From assembly GCA_028534125.1 (NCBI GenBank), contig CM052817.1:45262001-45326000 (forward strand): a stretch of DNA of 64,000 bases. Direction: 5' to 3'. Below the pieces are notes generated by a model. That model was given only the letters and a program-made list of their open reading frames with translations, made no database searches and was not told the origin of the DNA. Positions 1-12,688 of this stretch are shown here, in pieces. A program made the position numbers and the translations under genes. How positions within the stretch are numbered: position 1 is the stretch's first letter; every line of letters starts with the position of its first letter. This DNA comes from Lama glama (Eukaryota).

Positions 1-27
1 CATGGCCTTTGCACTTGTTCTTTCCTG

Positions 28-132
28 TATTTTGTTGTTTGTTGTTGTTGTTAATGGAGGAACTGGGGACTGAACCCAGGACCTTGTGCATGCTGAGCAC
101 AAACTCTACCACTGAGCTCTACCACCCCTCCC
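28..132 (-). mobile_element. vic-1-type tRNA-Ala-derived SINE
   Basis: Reverse complement reads gggaggggtggtagagctcagtggtagagtttgtgctcagcatgcacaaggtcctgggttcagtccccagttcctcc followed by an A-rich tail. A and B boxes present. Confidence 0.9.
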
Positions 133-337
133 TGCCCCTTCCTGTATTTTGGATGCTTGCTACTCTACCCACATAGAGAAATGGCTCACTTCCTCACCTT
201 ATTTAAGTCTGCTTATATGTTACTTAGGTCTCTCCTGACTGTTCTAAGTTGAAGCCTCCCCATACTCCTCCCTCTGCTCTGCTTATTTCTATTACACTTA
301 TCAGTCTGCTCCGTTATTCTCCCATATAGATTATTTC

Positions 338-503
338 CCCATATTTCATCAGATCTAAGATGCCATCAAGTGTACCTCAGAGAAATGAAAAAAAAAAAAA
401 AAACCCTTGCCAATTATGAGATACCATCTACTAAAAGATGCACCCCAATTTTAGGTTTCATAAAATGTGAAGAAATTTTCATCATAGGAGTAACAGAGTA
501 TAG
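338..503. mobile_element. MER104-like non-autonomous Tc/mariner DNA transposon remnant
   Basis: 'ccatatttcatcagatctaagatgccatc' and 'aagatgcaccccaattttag...aaaatgtgaagaaa' resemble the recalled MER104 consensus. Confidence 0.55.
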
Positions 504-1714
504 TATGTATTTTACATCTTTATCTTGTTTATTGTATGTTTCCCCACCATCACCAGAAGGTAAACCTATAAGGGTAGGGATTTTAGTCCTTTTGTAAGCT
601 GCTCTATCTTCAGTGTTTAGCACAGTATCTGACACATACCGCTTGGTAGCTCTCTAATGGATGAATGAATTCCACAAATGAAAAAATTCCCACTTTCAGC
701 TTATATTCATGGGAGCAGAAATTCCTCAGTACCGCTGCATTGTGTGGCCACCAGACTTCCTCTGTAGAGTCTGAATCAGGGTCCTCAGAAAATATTATAA
801 ACTAATTTTAGTTTATGAATATTCTGTTGGCTTTCAATGACCAACTTAGTGATTAGCCTTTAGTCTTCTGTAAAGGTGAACATCTGTGGAAGGATGGACT
901 TAATTTTTAGGATCAGATAGCAGCCCATTAGGAAAACCATCTCAACCTCCCAGTGGCCAGCTCACCTTGGTCTGAAATTCATTACACTAATGCAGCTGTT
1001 GTCATCACCACTGACTCCTATTACTACTTCTTTTTAAGACAGGTAATACATTCACATGATTAAAATATAAAGTACACAAAGGGTGTTTAGCAAAAAGTTC
1101 TCCCTACTGTTCCTTGGCCCCCCAGGCAATTAACAGAAATAATTCTTGTTTATTATTCCAGATATATGTGTATGTTATTTCTCTCTTTTAATAACACAAA
1201 TAAATACAGCACATCATACACATTGTTCCATACCTTACTTTTTCCCATTTAATACACCTTGGAAATTGTTACATATAAGAAGAGGTATTTGTCATCCTTT
1301 CCATGAAGTGCTTTTAAAATATTATTTAAAGCCCTAAGAATTCTTTGGAAGAGGAGGGTGCAAGAAAGTAGGTTCTGGGCCCCCCATCCTGCTCCATTTG
1401 ATCGATTTCATTGGTTTATACTTTCTATTTCCTTTGAACAAAAGATTCGGAGACTAAAATGTTGGACAGCCACCTCTCTTAGATGTGAAACGTGACCAAG
1501 GCAGGGACTTGGAATAGTTAAGTAGTCTCACATGCTCTAGAGTACAGGATTCAAATTCCTGTTCTACCTGTTTTGAGAACAATAATAATACCCTCCTCAT
1601 GTGGTTGTCAGGATTCTTTTAAATAATAGCTTTAATGTGCTTAGTACTTTAGTACATGAAACAGAGTAAGTACTCAATAAAGGTTACAGTGGAGACCCAC
1701 ACATCTTTGGTGTG

Positions 1715-2275
1715 TATCATCAGTTTCTTAACAACCGAACATTTAAAGATATTACCCTGTAATAGTACTCAACTCAAACTTTATTGGTTCATGTTACTGA
1801 AAATTCTGTTAATTCAGAGATGCCTTAATCTGGGGCATTTCAAGGTAATCTCTCCAGCATCTGGGCTTTCATTGTATCTGGACTCTGCTCTTTATATTGG
1901 TTTCTTTCTCTGACTCCATACAAGGGCAAGATGGCTGTCAGTTCCTGCAGTCCTGTAGTCTCCCAGGACCAAGTTCATGGAGGGCGACTCCTAACCTCTC
2001 TCCTTAGTATCCCAGCAAAAATCCTTTTATGATTCATTGGATCTTACAGTGGCACATGCCCATGTGTCTGGTCCATTCCTACAGTCCAGTGTGTGAGATG
2101 CTCTGATTGGCTTTGATTCACATGCCCACCTCTAAAACAAGCACTGGGAGTCCTCCCCTCATCTCAAAGCATATGGCATTAAGAACAGGGGAACAGGGAC
2201 TTTCTTCAAAAGAAAGCTGGGATACTGCGCCAGGAGAAAGTTTATCAGGATAGGAAAGACAATAGATGCTCACTA
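1715..2275. mobile_element. Old ERVL-MaLR LTR (MLT1-type)
   Basis: Contains the MLT1 hallmarks 'caagatggctg', 'cattggatc...catgccca' and 'ctctgattggct'. Confidence 0.55.
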
Positions 2276-4889
2276 TGTCCCCTCATAGACTTGACTGCTT
2301 GCCATTTTTTTTAAGAATGTTTTTTCCAGTAGTGCCACTAGTATTTGCTAATGTCAGTTCTGTTCTGCAAAAAGTTCAGAAGATCATGTTGTAGTATTTA
2401 ATAAAAGTAATTTTACATTGCTTCGTATTTATATCTGCAAACAAAGCTCTACCTACAGCCTCTTTTAAAAAAGTACAGTAAACCTGTGTTTCCATTCTAT
2501 GGAATGGAATAATAATAAATAAAAAATATAAAATGAATGTATTTATGTAAATTTATTACAATAAATAAATAATAAATAAAAACAATCAAGAGGCTTGCTT
2601 ACTTATGAAACACCTAAATTAACAAATCCCATTTTTCAGCTCCAAAGAACTTTTTATAAGACTGTTTATTGAGGGACAAATTTATCAGATCCAGGCCCTG
2701 GCACTCTATGCCCTGTGGAAAATTTGTGGACCCTCCACACCCACCGTGTTCTCCCTGCCCCACAACTAGTGAAACAGGCAGGTCCTGAAGAGCCAGGATG
2801 GGGTTGAAGGTTTTACCTTCCCATTGCACAGCTAGACCAAGTCCTTTGAAGTTCCCATTACTGAGTGATGCCAAGATTCCATGGAAGCTTAAGATGACAT
2901 TATGGAGTCATTGCCACCTTCACCAGCAATCCATGTTCCCAGAGCAAGTTGCAGCTGATCTGTCTCACTGGTCTGAGTCTGTGGCCAAGTGAGTCCAAAA
3001 GCAGGGGACTCTGTAGGCTATCTCCTGAGAGGACAGGCTGTCAGTGCAGATGGGGCCTCCAGCAGGACGCAAGCTGAGCTGGACAGGAACTATTCAAAGC
3101 CATGTCAGACCTCCCAGGTCCCCTCTTTCCCCTGTTCCAGTTCTTTAATGATGTGGACTGTAAGGAACCAAAGGCCTGTGATTGGTGAATACACTGTACG
3201 AATAATTGGGATGGCTGCAATAACTTGTAAATATTAGGTGGAGGGTCCAGAACTGGCATACAGTTTGAGGAAAGAAGAGGGAGTTGGGCGTGGACATAAT
3301 GTCTGCTAGCAGCTCAGGAGTCCCTGGGGTAGAGGAATGAAAGATGAGCTCATGAGCACGAAAAGGCAAAGGAGAGAAGACTGCTGTTTGGCTGTTCCCT
3401 GATGCTGCATTGCCCAGGGTCCTCACACACCGCACGAATCGTGGGTAGTATAAAGAGCTGCAAGAGCTCCAGCTTACTCTCCCCACTACCCTCTTCCCAC
3501 CGCCAATACCCCCATACACACATGGCCCTTCCAGAGCACAGCCACAGTCTGTGACTCCAAAGTGGCCCAGACCCTTTCTTCCAGTGTTCAGTGTATCTTA
3601 AATAGCTCAGAATCCAAGATCTCAGTGGGCCATTGCCACAGCCAGCCTCCTTCCTGTGAGGGTGCTGCTATGTAGGTCTGGTAGGTACAAGAGCATCTGG
3701 GTCGAAGCAAAATGACTCTACTGGTATTTTGGTACTTATTTCATAGTATAATAAATATTAAGATCTTTGTTTTTTTTAAAGCTTAAAATTCATCCCATTT
3801 AAAACAAATCAATGAAACTACATATTTAACACCTTTCATTTTAAGAGAATAAGTGATTCCAAATTCTGTTGTGTCCTTCAACTTCAGAAGAGTTGCACAG
3901 CTGATGGGTTGGTTGGACCTGGATTCAGTGCCTTCCTGTAATTTTCACTCTTCTGCCTGGAGTTTTTAGAACCTTGGCCTGTAGGTAGCTACTCAGCTCT
4001 TGCCAGAGACTCAGGCTCCCTATGTTTTGTTCCCTGCCATTTTAGGAAGGATGGTACTTCTTGTGGGCTAACTCCTGCCTTCCCCAGCAGAATGAGCCAC
4101 TTGGAGCTTTTCTCCCCAAATCCATACTCAGCCCTTCCCTGTTTTTGAGAAGTGGAGGGGGAGATGGAGTTGCAGGAGCTGATTGATAAAGAGGGATTAG
4201 AAGGGCTTCTTATGAAGGAGAGAAGAGGCAGAAGAAGGGGAGAGTGGTGAGAGAGATCCAAGAAACTGAATGAAACTGCTGACTAATATCTGCAGCCAGA
4301 GTATTTTACCCACATAAATACAGCTTTTTTTTTTTTAACCATACTTAAAAATAGCCTGGGATAACAGAATACTGAAAACAGATGTGCTTGGTTTCCTGAA
4401 CTACTGATTCAGCAAACATTTGAGTCTCTGTTCTCATTGCCAGGCTCTGCTATAGGTTCTTTGCTTGTGTACCTCATAGTGGAGTGCTAAAATTCTTATT
4501 CCTCTTTCATAGAGAGTGAAGCCAGGTCTTCAGCATGATATAGACCATAAGGGTATGTTTTATTTGCAAACCTAGACAAAACTGGGTTTTCATTCTAGTC
4601 CAGACACTTTTGAATGGTGTAGCCTTGGGCAAATTACTTAACTTTGCTATATCCATTTTGTTTACCTTGCCTTGTCACAGAAAACGCAAGAATGCCATAA
4701 AACAAATTGTCTGGGATCTAAGCTGGAATCTTTCTGCTCAGCCATCCTTGACTTGAGTCTTTCCTCTTAGTTGCTACAAGCTGGTTGCTTCCTCTCCAGT
4801 ATTGCACCTTATCTGGAAAGAAAGAAGGGCAAAAGTCAAGTTCAAAATTTATCTATCAACTGATACCCACCCTCAACTCTTTTACTCTT

Positions 4890-5750
4890 GTAACTTTTCT
4901 TTTGAACTAATTTTAGAATTGCAGAAAGTTTGCAAAAATTGTACTAAGAATTCCCATATATTCTTCACCCAGATTCCTCAGGTGTTAACATTTTACCCCA
5001 ATTATTTTATCATTTTTTTCTCTTGAAGTATATATTTTTTCTCTGAATTTGTAGGCACGATGTACCTTTCCCCCTTACATACTTCAGTGTCTAATTCCTA
5101 ACAATGAAAACATTTTCTTAAGTAACACAGTGCAGTGATCAAAACCAGAAAATTAACACCAATAATGTTGCAGTTATCTAATCTACAGACCTTATTTACA
5201 TTTTCGCCAGGAGTCCCAATTTTCCTTTTTAGGGAAAACAAATTTTTTTTTTCATGCCCAGCATCCAAACCAGGATTACATACTGCATTTAGATGTTGTA
5301 TCTCTACAGTTGCCTTTAATCTAGAATAGTTCCTCAGTCTTTGTCTTTTATGATTTTGATATTTTGAAGAGTACGTTGTCAGTTTTTAATAGAATGCTCC
5401 TCAGTTCAGGTTTGTGTGATCTTCCTGATTAGGTTCTGATTGTGCATCTTTGGCATCTTTGCTAGGAACATCGCAGAAGTGCTGTCCTTCTCCCAGTGCG
5501 TTATCTCCGGAGGTACACAACGTTTATTTGTCCCATTATTGGCAATATTAATTTTGGTCATTTGTTTAAGGTGTTGTCTGCCAAACTTCTCCACTGCACA
5601 GTTAACTGTTCTTCCCTTTGTAATCAATAAGTATCATTTTATCATTTATTAAGACTGGTGAATATCCTGTGTCTCATCAAACTTTCACCATTCAGTTTTA
5701 GCATCTGGCTGTATTCTTACCTGAATCAATGGTAGTTACCAGTCTGCCAT
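4890..5750 (-). mobile_element. L1MC-type LINE-1 3' region
   Basis: 'ttttagaattgcagaaagtttgcaaaaattgtactaagaattcccatata...cccagattcc' is an L1MC-type 3' end. The segment is homologous (inverted) to 33230-33420. Confidence 0.7.
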
Positions 5751-7537
5751 TCTTATAAAAAGCTTTCCAGGAAGTTCTATCTTTCAACTTCTACCTATTT
5801 TATGAAGGACTGTGTCCAACCTTTACAGGACTGCCTGGGAAATGCATTATTATATATAATTTTGTTTTGGTATCAGTATATTGCTACCCGCAGTAAAATT
5901 GGGGTTCCCTTATTAAAGAGGAGAGAATAAAAACTTACTGCAATTTGCCAACCCAATAGCATCACTGTTAGGATGAAATTAAATAATGGTTGTGAAACAT
6001 CTACCAAGGAGCCTGAAACATGGTTGATACTTTAAAATATCCTTCCCCCACCTGCAGGAACAGGGTTTTGTTTATTTGTTTTGCTTTGTTGATCACTTGT
6101 GGTCATGTAGCTAGTGAATAGCAGAACAGGTCTGCAAACCCTAGTCTGGTCCCTACACAAAAGATTCCTTTTGCTGGTTCTATTTTCTCCTGAATCTTTT
6201 GACATCTTTTCTGCTATATGATTAAAACCATCTCTATATTGTATTCTACACAACTGTTGTAGAATCATTCTGTTTGCTAGATGAAGATGATGATATAACA
6301 TTATGCTTATACTAAATAAATAAAAACTTGACTTAAATTTCTTTGTATTTGGGCATGTTCCCCTCCTTATAGTCCAAGGCATTTGTTCTCTTTTGAGGCA
6401 GTGGCTATTAATTCCTCCAGGGCTTATAATCTGGAAAGACCTGGGAGAGGAAAATGTCAGAGAATAATGGTGTTTGCTCACCCTTCTAAATAAACATAAC
6501 CACGTGTTTTATTGATTCTTCACAGTTTTTAAAGTATTTAACAAAAAGGGAGAATTGTAAAACTCTTGTCTCCTGCCAATGGCAAGAATTGGAATTTTAA
6601 AATTCCGTTGTCACAGAATCAGTATGAAAGAACATGAAATTTTAATATCAATTGGCAGCAAAATTTCACTCCATTTAACTCAGAATTTTACAGTGAACAT
6701 CACGGAATAATAATATCAGTACATGACAGAAATTTTAAAATGATAGTATAAAAGTGAAAAATCAGGATACAAAATTATACATACCCAATGATCATAGCTA
6801 AGTTTGAAACATGTGTGTAGGAAGAAGACTAGAAGGAAATGTAACAAGATGTGAATTCAGAGCAGATATATTTTGATGGAGGGATATTGGTGATGTTTTC
6901 TTCTTGCAGCTGTTCCATAATTTCTGCTGGATAAATTTTTCTTTAAAAAATGTGCCTCTTTTTTTTTCTCTAAATAATTACAAATAATAGCAAATTTAGA
7001 AAAGATATTAAGTAGAAACAGTTTCAGAAGAGAAACATCTGGAGCCCCAACAAAACTGTTAGCTTGCTTTCAAGGAGAGACCCAAGGGGCCCCATAATGC
7101 AGCTGGTACCTGAGCCTGAATTTCATTTCACCCATTTTGGTACCATCTGTTTTCTTCCCTCCTTTCCATTCTTTCTTTCCTCTATTCCTTTTACTGTAAG
7201 GGAGGTGAAGAGATTATTAGAGAGTGCTTCATACAGTAGAAAGAACATTACAGTTTAAATTCAGATAATCTTTGATTTGAATCTTGGCATCATCACTTAT
7301 TCGTTCCACAAACATTAATCGAGCAATTACTATGCTATGTACTGTTGTGGACATTGGAGACTCAGCAGTGATTAAAAACACATGAAATGTGATTAAAGAC
7401 ACATAAAATGTCTGCCTTTGTGAAACTTCTATTCTAGTAGGAGTAGACAGTGTGATTTACAAGGTCCTGGAAAGACCCTTGGATCAAAAAATATCTGCCC
7501 AAGAAATGGTTACAGTGCATAAAAGTATGTCATGAAG

Positions 7538-7688
7538 CAGGGAGGGTATAGCTCAGTGGTAGAAAGCATGCTTAGTATACACGAGGTCCTGGGTTCAGTC
7601 CCCAGTACCTCCATTAAAATAAATGAGTAAATAAATAAACCCAACCCCCCCCCACCCCAAACCAAAACAACAACAAAGAAGAAAGGAA
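7538..7688 (+). mobile_element. vic-1-type SINE
   Basis: gggagggtatagctcagtggtagaaagcatgcttag...gtcctgggttcagtccccagtacctcc plus tail. Diverged TSD aaaagtatgtcatgaag / aaaaatatcccatgaag. Confidence 0.92.
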
Positions 7689-8725
7689 AAAAATATCCCA
7701 TGAAGGACTGAGCCTTCTGGATCAACAGACATCTTCTTTTAAGATGCAAATATCAATGCAAAGAGTACATCATCATTAGGCTTAACCAGCCTTTGTATAT
7801 TGGTGTGAATCAATTCTGTCGTATACCTCAAGAGCTAAATGGGAGCCATGCTTTGCGAGTATAAACATTTTAACTGAAGAGAGGACCATTAGGTACTGTC
7901 TGGAGAGGGTAGATTTGAGTAGGTTTCGGACTAAGCAGTATGAGGGTCCTGTGGCAGGAGGTAACTTAGGAAAGGCAAGAAAGATGGAAAAAGAACAGTG
8001 ATGTGATTCTGGGAACAGATTTCACCCTTAACATATATTTGTCTTGGGGAAAGATCCTGAAGTCTTCCCAGGTTTAGGTACCTCCCCTTCCCCTTCCTCC
8101 TTCCTTTCATAGCCAAGTTTGTTTGTTTGTTTTGTTTGTTTTGAAGAGTGCCTTATGACCTGGATGTTCCTGGGAGATATAGCTGTGGCCTTCCTAAGTC
8201 CCTCACATTGTCAAATACTGCTAGAATGCATCATCTCCCTCACAAAATGATTAAGATGTAAATGAATGAATATTTTAGAAAGGAGTAAAAATCAGTTAAC
8301 AGCACCATTGGGGTGCAAATGCAGGTCCTTTGCTCATGCAGTAGCTTACCTCTTTCTCACATTAAGTGACCGTGCACTGTCTGTCAGAGACCTCTGGGTC
8401 TCTGAAATAACAAACTTTGAAACATGTAGATACCGAGCTTTATACTTGCACCTCTGCCTCTATATCCTCCGTCCTCCCTGTGGTTCACTCTTCACCTCAA
8501 CTGTGATGGTACTTCTGTTCTTGTTATTCTGAAATTGCATCCTCTAAGGTTGCGGAGAAGTTCTGTGAGAGTCTGAGGTCCCTCCTATTTAAATGAACAG
8601 AAAGCCTTGTAAAAGAACTCAGGTCAAGGAAGGGTCTACTGTAAGTATATAAGGGAATCTTGGAGGATATCTTCAGGAAGTACAGTCTGGCTTCATGAGA
8701 ACTGGAGAGTCAACATGCGGATACT

Positions 8726-8762
8726 GTGCGTGCATGTGCGTGTGTGTGTGTGTGTATGTGTA
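8726..8762. repeat. (TG)n microsatellite, imperfect
   Basis: Directly visible. Confidence 0.9.
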
Positions 8763-9189
8763 TACCTACCTGTGTCAGGCTTCATAGTCTCATCTGTGCT
8801 TTTTTCAGTGAATCTATTCCATTCTATTCTCCTTGAACCCTGCTTTCTCTGCTGATCTGCAGCCTCTCTGCTGCCAAGCTTGCAAGTGACCTTGGCCACT
8901 GCCTGGACCCCAGACCAAACTCAACATAACCTCACAGCTCCCCTCCCCATAACTGACTCTGGGAATCTGACTGGTTCAGCTTGGGTCAGGTGTCCATTCT
9001 GGTCCAGTGAAGAGCTGTACTAAATAAATGTCGCCTCGTTATTGTTGCCTATGTTCTCCTTTATCTTGGCTTACAGAGTGAAAGGCGGATGGGAAGACAG
9101 GAGATTTGGTGTATCCTGTTGTGACAACCCTTTGGAATATTCAGTTTTACCTGAGTGTGATGGTAGTGTTATTTCCTAACAAGAACCAT

Positions 9190-9390
9190 TACTACCACCA
9201 GTTTCTTATGCTAAGCACTTTATGTGTATTGTCTCCATTAACTATCTCAGCCTCCTTAACTTTCATCCCCATTCTATGAAAGGAAACTACTGAAGGAGAA
9301 ATGTTAAGTAACCTGCCAAGGTCACAGAGCTCAACTACTGGGATTTGATCTGAGATTTTTCTGACTGTGGAGGCTGTGCCCACTCCTGAT
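9190..9390 (-). mobile_element. MIR SINE
   Basis: 'cccattctatgaaaggaaact...gttaagtaacctgccaaggtcacagagc' is a MIR core in antisense. Confidence 0.7.
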
Positions 9391-9882
9391 TGTCCACATC
9401 TACCTCTGGGCATGTCATTGGCTACTGCTGACAACTGCCATAGCTTAACCCTGGTCCTTCCCCTAGGTAAGCTCTCCCACTTTGGAGAAGTAGCTAATCT
9501 GTGAGAAGGGGAACTCTAACCAGTGGGTTACAGAGGTCCGCCCAGTAACAGTGTTTCCCAGTTGTTTCCAGTCTGAGACAAAGCTGTGATCTCGCCAGAA
9601 CAGATGTAGACAAGAAGAGACTGCACTTTTGGCTTCTCGTGTTGAGTCATCCACCAACTTAAGAAGTGGTCCGAACACACACTACACTTGACCATTTATA
9701 TAAGCTTTCATTAATATTCAGTGATGGCTTAGTGCTTAGTACCTGGCACAGTACCTGGTATGTGCTGGGATGTTCAATAAACTTTTTGTTTCCGTTAAAC
9801 TGAACTAGCCAACGTTGGCTAGTATTTGAAATTGAATACAATTGAAGCCAAGGGTCATCAGAGCTGGTTTGTTATTACCTAA

Positions 9883-10318
9883 GGGTCTTACTCCATTTGA
9901 GCCACTGTAACAGAATACCATAGACTGGGTGACTTAAAAACAACAGAAATTTATTTCCCCCAATTCTAGAAACTGGAGGCCCAAGATGAAGCCACCAAGT
10001 AGATTCCTTGTCTGATGAGGACGCCCTTCCTGGTTCATAGACTTTCATCTTTTTGCTGTGTCCTCACATGGCAGAAGGGACAAGGGAAATTTCTTGGGCC
10101 TCTTTTCTGACTGAGGGCCCTAATCCCATTTGGAGCCCTCATGATCTCATCACCTCCCAAAGGCCCTACCTAAAGTGCCATCACATTGGGGGTTAGGGTT
10201 TTAAGCTAAGAATTTGTGGGGGATTTGACACAACATTGTAAAATGATTATAAATCAATAAAAAATGTTACAAAAAAAAAAAGAATTTGTGGGGGGACACA
10301 AATATTCAAACTCTAGCA
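9883..10318 (-). mobile_element. MLT1A-type MaLR LTR containing a nested short L1 insertion
   Basis: 'aataccatagactgggtgacttaaaaacaacagaaatttatt...ctgtgtcctcacatggcagaaggg...atcacctcccaaaggccc...gggggacacaaatattcaaactctagca'. Confidence 0.8.
10223..10279 (+). mobile_element. Extremely 5'-truncated L1 (3' terminus plus poly(A))
   Basis: 'tgacacaacattgtaaaatgattataaatcaataaaaa' is an L1 3' end. Perfect 15-bp TSD aagaatttgtggggg at 10208-10222 and 10280-10294. Confidence 0.85.
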
Positions 10319-11379
10319 CCAAGCTGGAGTTGAAAGTGAGTTAATGGAATTGAAAGGAATCATGATGAACAGGTTAGCAACCTTTTAAATAGATGATTCT
10401 ATAAAAAAGATACTTTTTAAGTAAAAATGAGCCACAGAATTTCAGATTTTACACTTGAAGAAGATCCCAGTAGAGAGGATCAACTGGATCATATTATTGT
10501 GTTCCCCAGGATGTCCCTTTTCGGGTCTCTCACAAATTACTGCTGCTTCCAGCATGTTGGCCTGTAGGAGGCACTGTTTCCCCTAGCAGGCAGTGGGTCT
10601 GTCACTGGCTGTGAATCAGGTCTGCAGCTGAGCCTAACTAAAGCTGGGTTCTGTCTGCTGGGACATAACCACAAGGAAATAAACGCCAAGAGTGGGAGTG
10701 ATGCCAGTCTTTATAATCTGGTTTATAAGGAGAGAGTATTGATTGTCATTTTGCAGCTCACTGGGCATCCTGTCTTCCTAGCTCTTGGATTATTGATGCA
10801 GATTGAGCCCTCTTTATCTCCAACATCCAGGAATCATTTCCCAGGGTTGGTGCTAGGGCTGGGCAGAACAAAATACAAGGTTCCCTCACAGAGTCAAGTC
10901 TAGTGGGGGAAAGACAGAGCAAGGGAGATGTCCTGACAGCCTTTCTTAGGCCCACCCTCACAGTGCCTAGTCTTCTGGTTTGGAATTGAGGATACTTCCC
11001 TTCAGACAACACCTGTCCCCAGCAGGGAGTAGCCATTTCAGCACTCAGCACAGTCCTAACTCACTCTGTCAATTCACCTGCTTGATAATAGAGGGTCTGT
11101 TTGTTACATATGCATTTGAATTTACTGTGAATAAATTTCTATTTTATGTATACATTGGCCTCAAGCAGCTGTTAATGGTAACAGCTAAGAAAACCAATTA
11201 GCTAATTCATTCAATTGGGATTATGTTTACATTTTTATTCTCAAGATTTATCCTCCAGATTCAGTATTTAATATTGAATGGTAGATTATTTCATTAAATC
11301 CAACTCTGCTCTGAATAAATGCCATAAAGGTTGAAAGATACAAGTTTATTTTAATTTTATAAAATTTATATTTGGCAAG

Positions 11380-11500
11380 CTGCTAAAATTTCAGGCCATT
11401 TTACAGCCACTCTGCAAAGTGACCTTTAGTAATAGTCATATGTACAATAACTATGATGTGAAGCAATGTTAAATAATAAAATTTTACATTTTCCAAAAAA
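11380..11500 (+). pseudogene. Short retroposed 3' end of an unidentified polyadenylated RNA
   Basis: AATAAA about 13 nt before an A-tract. Flanked by direct repeats aaaatttatatttggcaag (11361-11379) and aaatttttgtatttggcaag (11501-11520). Confidence 0.6.
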
Positions 11501-11914
11501 AAATTTTTGTATTTGGCAAGATGAGGGCGAATCAACATTTTTCTAAACTGAGTTGTTAAATCCTAGGATTCTAACGAAGCTTACCAATAATGATCCTTTA
11601 TAGAAGAAACGTGAATGGTACCCTCATTCATCAATTTGATGCTTATCTGAAATGTTGTAGATGTTATCTCAGGTCAGTTCCTTCACCCTAACCTGGTTGG
11701 TTGTGAATGTGCAGGGCTGAAGAGTCAGATCACGCACATATCTGTCTTTTATTACGCTCTTCTCCCGTTGAACACATTTCCACTGATAAACTTGGTTATT
11801 TATACTTTTACATTTCCCTTTTGCTGATGAAGTTGTTAGCTGTCAGTTCCCACTGCTGTGCAGAATAGTCCACTCTGATTTGCTACTTGTGGTCTGATGT
11901 GGACTTTTAGTAGT

Positions 11915-12115
11915 CGGCTCCTTCACTGAGCATGCACTGTGTTCCAGGCATTGTTCTAAGGACTTTGCCTGCTTTAGCTAATAGAATCCTCCTAACCATG
12001 GTTAGGAGGGCACCTACTGTTATTATATCCATCCTGTAATTATTTGGCCAAAGGCATACAGCCCACAAGAGGCACAGCATGGGATTCAAACCCAGTAGGG
12101 CTGCAGAGTCTACAC
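11915..12115 (-). mobile_element. MIR SINE
   Basis: 'cactgagcatgcactgtgttccaggcattgttctaagg...gggattcaaacccag'. Confidence 0.6.
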
Positions 12116-12590
12116 TACACAAGAATATATAATATATAATACTGCCTCAATATCCAGGGGTATTAGAATAGCTTCAAGTTCAAGAGGAAGTAGGATCTTA
12201 GAGTTTTCAAAGGACTCACCTGTGAATTATATCTCATTACATATATAAACTCCCTGAGACTGTTTCCTCATATATAAAATGGCAATAATAATAGAACTGG
12301 CCTGATAGGACTACTGTGAGGATTAAATGAGTGGTGTGTGTGTATTTATGTACATATGTGTATATACGTGTGTGTATAAGTAAAGACTCTTAAACAGGAC
12401 CTGACACGTAGCAAGTACTCATTATTCTAAGCACTATTTCTGTGCTCAATAAATGATAGCTTCTATTACTATGATCTATGAGATTCAAGGACACTAAGAC
12501 TTTCTGATATCTAATGGTCTAGATACTGAAAAGCCCTCCCACTCATTCCTCCATGGCCCTCTTCCACAGCTCCTGCCCCACTACCCACTC

Positions 12591-12688
12591 TTTTTTTTTT
12601 TTTTTTTTTAATGGAGGCACTGGGAAGTGAACCCAGGAGCCTGAGCATGCTAAGCATGTGCTCTACCACTGAGCTATACTCTCTCCCC
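12591..12688 (-). mobile_element. vic-1-type SINE
   Basis: Poly-T, then aatggaggcactgggaagtgaacccaggagcctgagcatgctaagcatgtgctctaccactgagctatac. Confidence 0.92.

Larger units (their letters stand above)
1..670 (+). mobile_element. L2 LINE 3' fragment, interrupted by a SINE and a DNA transposon
   Basis: Starts 'ggcctttgcacttgttctttcct' and ends 'gcacagtatctgacacata...atgaatgaat', both typical of the L2 3' end (recalled consensus). Confidence 0.65.

Noticed and set aside
7538..7612. tRNA-Ala-like cloverleaf sequences (here and at nine other sites)
   Set aside because: They carry SINE tails, TSDs and mutually divergent stems, so they are tRNA-derived SINEs rather than functional tRNA genes.
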